From: Terriglobia bacterium
Lineage (GTDB): Bacteria; Acidobacteriota; Terriglobia; 20CM-2-55-15
Length of the DNA: 64,000 bases
Reading direction: 5' to 3'
Assembly: GCA_965262675.1 (NCBI GenBank)
Contig: OZ253554.1
Span: 844,496 to 908,495 of the forward strand
Below the pieces are notes generated by a model. The model was not told the origin of the DNA, ran no database searches, and worked only from the letters and a program-made list of their open reading frames with translations. A program made the position numbers and the translations under genes. Below, piece by piece: positions 57,201 through 64,000 of this stretch (position 1 is its first letter; every line of letters begins with the position of its first letter).

Positions 57201-57329
57201 TGCCGTTACGCAACCGATACCGAACTGGCACCAATCCGGCACCAATGGTTACTTGTGCGAAAAACCGGTCGACATCTTCGGTTTTCCGTTCGCCGATGAT
57301 ATCACCATACCTGCGGCAAACGTGCCGTC

Positions 57330-57400
57330 ATAGATCGCGCGGTCGATCGCGCGGTAGATCGTGCGGTCATAGACCGCACCTACACTGGCCTACACTGGGA
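57330..57400. repeat. degenerate REP copy gtgcggtcatagaccgcacctaca with upstream cgcggt-gatcg sub-repeats
   Basis: Same palindromic core as the other REP copies. Confidence 0.6.
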
Positions 57401-57437
57401 GCGGGGGTGACGTCCGAAGGCCGGCAGGGCGAGGCCG

Positions 57438-58682
57438 TCACTCGTATCGAAGGGCGTCGATGGGATCGATACGGGACGCCTTCATCGCGGGATACACGCC
57501 GAACAGCACGCCCACCGAGACCGACACGCTGAAAGCGACCACGACGGAGGTCGTGGTCACAATCGTTGTCCAGTCCGCTGTCCGTGCAATCAGTCCGGCC
57601 AGAATGAACCCGAAACCGATACCGATGACGCCTCCACCGCCCGAGATCAATACCGATTCGGTGATGAACTGCCGGGCGATGTCCAATCGGCGGGCGCCGA
57701 CGGAACGGCGGATGCCGATTTCGCGAGTCCGTTCGAGCACAGTCGCAAGAACGATGTTCATGATACCGATACCCCCGACGAGCAGAGAAATCGCGGCGAT
57801 TGCAACCATCACGTAGGTGAAGATCGTCTGCGTACGCCGTTGCTGGGCCAGCAGCGCCGCCGGGATGGTGACGGTGAAGTCCGGTGTGCCGCGATGTGTG
57901 GACTCCAATACCGCGGTCACCACTTTTGCGATCTCGACGCTGTCGGCGCCCTCGCTCAATTGAAGTTCGATACCGGCAAGCTCGTCTTTCAGGTTCGAGC
58001 CGGGATCGTGGAATCGGTACTCGAAGGTGTTGATCGGGACATAGACGATGTTGTTGATGTCCGGCAGCGAACCGCCTTCGCTCTGGGAACTCTCCATCAA
58101 CTGCTCTTCGAGCACACCGATGACTTCGAGCCAGGTGTCGTCCACCTTGATGAATTCCCCGAGAGCCGGCCGATAACCGAACAGCGCGACTTTCGCGGAT
58201 TCCCCGAGGACACCGACGGCGGCACTCGACCGATTCGCGCGGTCGTCGAAGAAAGCGCCCTCCGCGAAGGCAAGGTTGTGAATCGCGCTGTAAGCGGGCT
58301 CCACTCCATACAGCTCGGGCGGATCTTCGGACGGCTTGGGCAGCAGCGTGGCCGGCCGCATCGTCTTGCGCACCGACAGCGCTTCAATGGCATCGACGTT
58401 GGTCGCCAGGATGCGGGCGTCGCGGTACGTGAGGCCGGGCGAGGACTGGCGGCGCAACTGGAACTCCTGAGAGCTGTCGGCGGCCTGCGAATCGATCAAG
58501 ATGTTTCGCACGCCCAGCAACTCAATGAAACGGAGCGACTCCTCACGTGCCCCGGCGCCAATCGACATCATTCCGATAACCGATCCGACGCCGAAGACAA
58601 TGCCCATCGCGGTCAACAGAGTGCGCGCCTTCTGCGCCGTGAGATTATCGAGGGCCTGGCCAAAGTCCGAGATCACCATCAT
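57438..58682 (-). CDS. FtsX/MacB-type ABC permease (414 aa, no ATPase domain)
   Basis: N-terminal TM, large periplasmic domain, and C-terminal 3-TM FtsX module IRRSVGARRLDIARQFITESVLISGGGGVIGIGFG. Confidence 0.85.
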   Translation of the reverse strand: MMVISDFGQALDNLTAQKARTLLTAMGIVFGVGSVIGMMSIGAGAREESLRFIELLGVRNILIDSQAADSSQEFQLRRQSSPGLTYRDARILATNVDAIEALSVRKTMRPATLLPKPSEDPPELYGVEPAYSAIHNLAFAEGAFFDDRANRSSAAVGVLGESAKVALFGYRPALGEFIKVDDTWLEVIGVLEEQLMESSQSEGGSLPDINNIVYVPINTFEYRFHDPGSNLKDELAGIELQLSEGADSVEIAKVVTAVLESTHRGTPDFTVTIPAALLAQQRRTQTIFTYVMVAIAAISLLVGGIGIMNIVLATVLERTREIGIRRSVGARRLDIARQFITESVLISGGGGVIGIGFGFILAGLIARTADWTTIVTTTSVVVAFSVSVSVGVLFGVYPAMKASRIDPIDALRYE

Positions 58683-59974
58683 CGGGAGAGCGCTCCAAGG
58701 GGGCCATCCGATCGTCGGCCGCCGCCGGTCTCGACCCCGGGCCTGGCGAGAGCGATCGTCACGCCCTCGTCGATGCCCGTGATCACGGCCTGACTCTCGG
58801 TGCGGCGAATCAACTGCACTTCGTCGGTGAGATAGCCCTCAGGCGTTTGCCGGTAGACGTACCACCCTCCCCCGCTTTCGAATAGTGCCTGAGATGGAAT
58901 CCACAACACGTCGTCGAGAGTCTCTACGTTGATCAGGATGTCCGCGCTCATGCCCGGGCGTAAATCCGGCGCGGTTTGGTCGAGAGCAATGCGGCAGTTG
59001 AAAGTGCGATTCCACGCGTTCCCGGACGAGCCGCCGAGCGCACTGATGTGGCCCAGGAACTCCCGCTCCGGCGTCGCCACAGGCCGGACAATCACCTCCT
59101 GCCCCACCTCGAGGTAGGCGCGGTCCGTTTCAGTTATCTGGGCACTGACCTCCCAGCGGCTCATGTCCGGGATGCGCGCTACCACTTGTCCGGGACGCGC
59201 AGTGTCGCCGGGTTGGAAATGTGGCAGTTCCATTCCCGAAAAAATAAAGCTGAGGCCGTTCAGGTTTTCGGCAAGCTGGACGTAGCCCGAAGTTTCGGCG
59301 CGTAGCGTCAGGTCGGCCATCGTGCGGCGCGCCATGTCTGCCTTCGTCGACGCTTCGTTCACCGCGGCACGCCGGACGTCGAGACTCGCGCCGGTCGTCG
59401 CTTCGCGATGCTCCAGGTCCTGAACGGCCTGCGCGTGTCTGTTCTCGGCGCGTTCCAGCGCGATCTCGTTCTGGCGCCCCTGGATGGCCGGCAGGACTTC
59501 ATTCTTTCTAATTTCCAGCCTTGCGATCCGGAGGTCGGCTTCGGCGGTCGCCCCCAGGAGCCGTGCCTGCTCCAACGCCACTCGGGCTTCGGCTTCGGCT
59601 TGCAACAGTTGCTGTTCGGCTTCCGCGAGATCCGCTTCGGCCTCGATAAGGTTGTATTCCTGCTCACCCGCGTCGAATTCGGCGACGATTCCTCCGGCAT
59701 CCACCAGTTCACCGTCGTCCCGCAGGAACGTAATCGGCAATTCGGGGACACCGGCCATCGGTGCGGTCAGGGATTCAGCGCCACCGCCCTGAAGTTCACC
59801 CTTGGCCGGCACGGTAATCGCCACCAATCCGCGCCGTACCGTGGTCGTGGGCATTTCGGCATCGCCCGACTCCGCGGTCGCTTCGATCACGGCTCGAAGC
59901 CCCCGGGACAGCCCTGCTCCAATACCGACAATCGCCGCGGCGAGGGCCATTAACACGATCATCCGTTTGATCAT
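58679..59974 (-). CDS. HlyD-family membrane fusion (periplasmic adaptor) protein
   Basis: Signal anchor, biotinyl-lipoyl-like half-domains around a long coiled coil, and a beta-barrel; 4-nt overlap with the permease. Confidence 0.75.
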   Translation of the reverse strand: MIKRMIVLMALAAAIVGIGAGLSRGLRAVIEATAESGDAEMPTTTVRRGLVAITVPAKGELQGGGAESLTAPMAGVPELPITFLRDDGELVDAGGIVAEFDAGEQEYNLIEAEADLAEAEQQLLQAEAEARVALEQARLLGATAEADLRIARLEIRKNEVLPAIQGRQNEIALERAENRHAQAVQDLEHREATTGASLDVRRAAVNEASTKADMARRTMADLTLRAETSGYVQLAENLNGLSFIFSGMELPHFQPGDTARPGQVVARIPDMSRWEVSAQITETDRAYLEVGQEVIVRPVATPEREFLGHISALGGSSGNAWNRTFNCRIALDQTAPDLRPGMSADILINVETLDDVLWIPSQALFESGGGWYVYRQTPEGYLTDEVQLIRRTESQAVITGIDEGVTIALARPGVETGGGRRSDGPLGALSR

Positions 59975-61239
59975 TCTTCACCTGCGATCGCGGACCCTGT
60001 CTCTACACTGCCCGCAAAAGGATCGATCAGCGTCACCCGCGAGCCCCCATCGATGCCGGCCACCGCAATCTCATCCGGATTGCGCGCGAGCACTTCAACG
60101 TCAACGGCCCGGAAACCATCGCCATCCACCACAAACACCGTCGGCCTGCCGGATCGCGTAAACAGCGCCTGCGCCGGAATCGTCTTTGCGTCAGGGATTC
60201 GTTCGGTCACGATATCCATACTCCCGTTCATGCCCGGCCTCAACCGGGTGTCCACGCTATCGCCGAGGAACGCGAACGCATGAAAGCTCCGGCCACGGGT
60301 GTCGAAAGAAATCTCGGCAAGCGGGGAAATCTGTGTCAGCACGGTCTCGATCGTCAGTTCGGGAAGCGCATCCACGCGCACGATCACCTCATCGCCCACC
60401 CGCATCCGCCCGCGGTCGATCTCTTCGACGGCGGCATCGATCAGCAGAGAGGTCAAATCCGGGATTGCCGCCAGGTTCATTCCACCCGACACCTGGTCCC
60501 CGACGCGAAACGGCTGCGGCTGTCCCCCGCCCAATACCGAGGCCAACGAACTCGAGTTTCTCGAGTAGATGGCAAACCCGGACAGGGGGGCCAGGATCTC
60601 CATCCGCGCCATTCGCGCCTCGATAACATCCACCTCTGCCTGGGCGTCCTGCAACTGCCGGTTCAGAGACGCGATTCTCGACTCACTCGAAACGGCGCGT
60701 TGAGCCACTTCGGCTCCGAGTTGGCGGAGATTCTGCTCTGCGAGTCCCAGATCGATCAGCGCCCGTTCTGCTTCGATGCGCCCGACAAACTCGTTATCCG
60801 CGGTACCGAGTTCAGCGATTTCAACGTTGAGTCTGGCATCGACCAACTCGCGCTCGTCGTGCCCGGCCGAAATGAGAGCTTCGGCAGCGGCCTGCGCCAG
60901 GCTCGCCTCCGCCCGTTCGAGGGCCGCGCGCCGCTGGATCAGATCGCGCTCTGCCGAACTGGAGTCGAAGCGGATCATCGGCTGGCCTTCTTCGACAATC
61001 TCTCCGGTGGGCGCCATCCATGCGATCCTCAGGTCTTGAGCAACAGGCGCGTAGATTGGAACCGATCGCCCGGCCTGGATTTGACCCCGTGTTCGAATGA
61101 CGGCAACGAACTCCCCCTCATCGACGGTGGCCATGGGAAGGCTTGATTCTTCCACCGCCAGAAACGGGACCACGCCAATCCACACGGCGCCGGCGAGCGC
61201 GGCAACGACGACGAGGGCCGCCAACAACTTGAAGCCCAT
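59971..61239 (-). CDS. HlyD-family membrane fusion protein (second paralogue)
   Basis: Same architecture; overlaps its neighbours by 4 nt and 1 nt. Confidence 0.75.
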   Translation of the reverse strand: MGFKLLAALVVVAALAGAVWIGVVPFLAVEESSLPMATVDEGEFVAVIRTRGQIQAGRSVPIYAPVAQDLRIAWMAPTGEIVEEGQPMIRFDSSSAERDLIQRRAALERAEASLAQAAAEALISAGHDERELVDARLNVEIAELGTADNEFVGRIEAERALIDLGLAEQNLRQLGAEVAQRAVSSESRIASLNRQLQDAQAEVDVIEARMARMEILAPLSGFAIYSRNSSSLASVLGGGQPQPFRVGDQVSGGMNLAAIPDLTSLLIDAAVEEIDRGRMRVGDEVIVRVDALPELTIETVLTQISPLAEISFDTRGRSFHAFAFLGDSVDTRLRPGMNGSMDIVTERIPDAKTIPAQALFTRSGRPTVFVVDGDGFRAVDVEVLARNPDEIAVAGIDGGSRVTLIDPFAGSVETGSAIAGEE

Positions 61240-62324
61240 TACGGAACCCCCGCGCCGGACAGAATTTCGACCGAGTGACCGGTCACGTCCGGTTCCTCGA
61301 TTTCCACTGATTCGAATACGACGGCGGTCGAAAGATCGGGCATCAGACGCGGATCCGAATCGACCAGTCTGAAGACCGCTGTAAACGTCTTGATCGAGTT
61401 TCCAAACGTGGCCGACGCGACGGGACTGGCCGAAGCGAATCGGGCGCGCAACGCGAGGTCGGGGTAGGCATCAACGTAGACCACCGCTTCGAGCCCCGGC
61501 TGCAACAGGGCGCCGTCCGGCTCTGCGACAGTGGCACGAACCAGCATCTCCGTGGGATCGAAGATGCTGAGCAGGGAGTTGTTGCGTCTCATCTGATCGC
61601 CTTCCTGCGGACGAATCATTGCGCCATTGCTGTAGCGCGTCGCATGCGCCACCATGCCGCCGATCGCCGCCCGCAAACGGAGCCGCTCCAGGTTGGCTTC
61701 GGCACGCTCGAATGCCGATCTCTGCCGGTCGCGCTGCAACTCCAGGATCCGGAGCGCCGCCGCATCCACGCGTTCGTTCTCGGCGTCGGATCGAGCGAGG
61801 CTTTCAACCTTCAATCGGGCCTTCTCGGCCCGAATCACGTTTTGCTCCGCTTCGATGGCGCTCAGAATCTCGGCCTTGCTCACCTCGAGCAATGCCTTGG
61901 CAAGGTCGGCCTCGGCCTGTTGAACCGCCGACCGCCGGCGCTCGAGATTGGCAATATTGTCGGCTTCCCTCTGGCGCACCTGAAAGCTCAGATCTTCGTA
62001 GCGCGCGGCGCTTTCCCGGGCCAGATCGATCTGTTCGACGCCGGCGAATTCCGCCACGATGTCGCCGGCAACCACTTCACTGCCGTTGGGAATGATTCGG
62101 GTGAGGGTCATTTGGCGGGACGGCCCCGTCAACTGGGGCACCACAACACGAGTCGACCGAACCGCATCGAGGACCCCCGTCAGGCGGATCGTGCGCGCGC
62201 TGGGGGAGTTCGGCGCACCCGCCGACGACATCGAAGCGGCGGGAAGAACTTCGTCGCGCGGGGGCTCGGAGGTCGTACAGGAACACAGAAGTGACACAGC
62301 CACAACAGACAGAACGGACCGCAT
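61239..62324 (-). CDS. HlyD-like periplasmic adaptor lipoprotein (third paralogue)
   Basis: Lipobox LLCSC, coiled coil, C-terminal beta-barrel-like region. Confidence 0.6.
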   Translation of the reverse strand: MRSVLSVVAVSLLCSCTTSEPPRDEVLPAASMSSAGAPNSPSARTIRLTGVLDAVRSTRVVVPQLTGPSRQMTLTRIIPNGSEVVAGDIVAEFAGVEQIDLARESAARYEDLSFQVRQREADNIANLERRRSAVQQAEADLAKALLEVSKAEILSAIEAEQNVIRAEKARLKVESLARSDAENERVDAAALRILELQRDRQRSAFERAEANLERLRLRAAIGGMVAHATRYSNGAMIRPQEGDQMRRNNSLLSIFDPTEMLVRATVAEPDGALLQPGLEAVVYVDAYPDLALRARFASASPVASATFGNSIKTFTAVFRLVDSDPRLMPDLSTAVVFESVEIEEPDVTGHSVEILSGAGVP

Positions 62325-62499
62325 TTGAATCTCCGATCGGTGAACCCACAGGTTTAGCCTGGCAGCCCGAGGCGAAACCCTGCAGGGTTATTACACGGGC
62401 CGCTACCAGCCACGATGCGGCGCACTAAACACTTTGACACCGACAAAGGCAAAAAGGATTCCCGAAGACGTCAAAAATATGTCCGGGACGAATCCGTCA

Positions 62500-62550
62500 A
62501 TGTCGTCGACTCAATTCGAGTCGATGTCGTCGACTCATTTTGAGTCGATA
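62500..62550. promoter_or_regulatory. two tandem imperfect palindromes tgtcgtcgactcAATTcgagtcgatg / tgtcgtcgactcATTTTgagtcgata between divergent genes
   Basis: Read directly; 25-bp periodicity; candidate operator for the OMP gene and/or the efflux operon. Confidence 0.35.
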
Positions 62551-62663
62551 AACTGACCCGACACGTGCCACCGCCGCGTTTGCCAGAAACGCTCTTGATT
62601 TCCCCGGTGGGGCAGGTCCACGATATATTCATGCTTGGAAATCGAACCGCCGTGCCGTCGCGG

Positions 62664-63452
62664 ATGAATCGAAGGGAGTCGAGGTCGCGAATCGGAACGT
62701 TGGACTTCCATCGAGGTTTTTCAATCCTTCTCGTCATCCTGCTCTGGCATGTCCCTCTGAGTGCCCAGGAGACTGGCGAAGACGGCCGATTTTACGTGAA
62801 TCTTTCCGGATCGGCTGTTTTTCCATACGACCCCAGGGTCCCATCGGACGCCGGCGAGTTGGGGCCCGGTTATGACGTTGGAACCGGCTTCACAGCGGCT
62901 TTCGGTTACGCATTCAAAGAGGGTTTCTCGACCGAGATGGAATGGGGATACCGGAGAATCGGTGTCGGCAATTCCTTCGAAGACTTGCTCCAGGACATCG
63001 ATCTTGGGGGCCTTGCAGATTTCTCAGGCTTCGTTGGGGGCCTTGCAGATTTCCCAGGCTTCCAAATCCCCTCCATCGGCATCGAAATCGACGGAGAACT
63101 CGAGACCCAGTCTCTGATGGGCAATGCCTACTACCGCTATCCCGAATGGAGAGTGAGTCCCTATGCCGGATTCGGTGTTGGAACCTTCTTCCACGATGGG
63201 GCCTTCACCTCCACCTTCACCGTTGGGAACGAACTCGGAAACATCGACATTCCCGTCATCGATTTTCCCGCCGAAGCCCTCACGAACACAGAAACGTACG
63301 AGGATTCCCGGTTTTCCTATCAGATCATGGTAGGCCTCTCGGCTCAGGCCTCCGAGCGCGTGGAGTTCCACTTTGGCTATCGCTTTCGCTCCAGTCGCGG
63401 GGCAGTCATCGATTCGGACCAGATTGAAGGCGGCATCCGGTTCCGGTTCTGA
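62664..63452 (+). CDS. outer-membrane beta-barrel protein (OmpA-like barrel / porin family)
   Basis: Signal peptide FSILLVILLWHVPLSAQE, alternating beta strands, C-terminal ...GIRFRF, and an internal duplicated loop GGLADFSGFVGGLADFPGF. Confidence 0.55.
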   Translation: MNRRESRSRIGTLDFHRGFSILLVILLWHVPLSAQETGEDGRFYVNLSGSAVFPYDPRVPSDAGELGPGYDVGTGFTAAFGYAFKEGFSTEMEWGYRRIGVGNSFEDLLQDIDLGGLADFSGFVGGLADFPGFQIPSIGIEIDGELETQSLMGNAYYRYPEWRVSPYAGFGVGTFFHDGAFTSTFTVGNELGNIDIPVIDFPAEALTNTETYEDSRFSYQIMVGLSAQASERVEFHFGYRFRSSRGAVIDSDQIEGGIRFRF

Positions 63453-63603
63453 TGCGAACCTGAGGAACGGCGCTTCCCAATTCTTCCGCTGAAGAGGATT
63501 CAGGGGGCCACCCCTCACGATTACCGGTTTATCCTGGCGCACGCCACGGGCTGCCAAGGTTCTGTCAGCCGCCTCGAATCAAGCTCGTCCGGGCAGGCCT
63601 CCG

Positions 63604-63632
63604 TTGGACTACTGGCATTGGAACCGTATAAT
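63604..63632 (+). promoter_or_regulatory. near-consensus sigma70 promoter TTGGAC, 17 nt spacer, TATAAT, 6 nt upstream of the ATG
   Basis: Read directly: ttggac tactggcattggaaccg tataat cacccg atg. Confidence 0.45.
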
Positions 63633-63638
63633 CACCCG

Positions 63639-64000
63639 ATGTTGCCGCGCCTTCGTCCAATCCTGCTCGCGCTCGGTACGGTGCTGCTGACGCCGTGGGC
63701 AGGCGCCGCTCAGGAGTTCACAATCGCCACCTTCGCCGGCACCGGCACGGCAGGCTTCGCGGGAGACAGCGGCACGGCGGTCCAGGCGCGGCTGGCCAAT
63801 CCAACGGGTGTCGCGGTGGACGGGGCGGGAAACCTCTACATCGCCGATTCGCACAACGACCGCGTTCGCCGGGTGGACCCCTCGGGGACAATTGCCACAT
63901 TTGCCGGAGGAGGAGACTCTTTTGGCGATGGGGGGCCGGCCCTCGAGGCCCAACTGGACTTCCCCGCGGACTTGGCGGTCGACGGCGCGGGCAATGTCTA
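63639..64000 (+). CDS. NHL-repeat protein, 5' part (runs off the window)
   Basis: Signal peptide then repeated GTAGFAGD.G.A..A.L..P.GVAVD.AGNLYIADS.N..VRRVD NHL units; no stop before the window end. Confidence 0.7.
   Translation, partial: MLPRLRPILLALGTVLLTPWAGAAQEFTIATFAGTGTAGFAGDSGTAVQARLANPTGVAVDGAGNLYIADSHNDRVRRVDPSGTIATFAGGGDSFGDGGPALEAQLDFPADLAVDGAGNV

Noticed and set aside
1-64000. tRNA, rRNA or tmRNA genes
   Set aside because: No cloverleaf-like conserved stretches (GTTC-like T-loop with matching acceptor stems) or rRNA-like segments were seen; the only structured non-coding elements are the REP and hairpin repeats.

Overview
High-GC (roughly 65%) bacterial chromosomal window. The gene content (ADOP-type duplicated FtsX permeases, a DUF1592/DUF1552 pair, a GldA/F/G-like ABC system) suggests an Acidobacteriota/Gemmatimonadota-like lineage, but that is only an inference. 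Recognisable housekeeping genes are lepB, rnc and asnS. Transport genes include a LivK-like binding protein, an OFA-type MFS transporter, FtsX permeases with three tandem HlyD adaptors, a BCCT transporter that is frameshifted, and a TonB-dependent receptor truncated after the plug domain. The window is strongly mosaic. It contains an IS1-type transposase fragment at the 5' edge and a dispersed palindromic REP/MITE-like repeat family (one approximately 650-bp BIME-like array, plus single copies, one of them flanked by direct repeats). It also contains a TA-rich accessory island at about 29.5-38.3 kb (degenerate PIN, a nuclease/HTH plus NTase-like pair, MazEF-like, HigBA, remnants, direct-repeat flanks). 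A second island at about 44.7-53.3 kb carries a GNAT gene interrupted by a stop codon, a DUF104/MazF TA cassette flanked by 140-bp direct repeats, and a 1988-aa DUF4011 / SF1 helicase / REase / DUF3320 protein (Hhe-like architecture) next to a remnant of a paralogous FtsX permease. The most unusual content is a recurring secreted two-gene cassette found in three places (five large and three small paralogues). The small partner would begin with His-His immediately after the predicted signal-peptide cleavage site, which is consistent with an N-terminal histidine-brace metal site. I could not assign either partner to a named family from memory, so it is a candidate undescribed periplasmic system.
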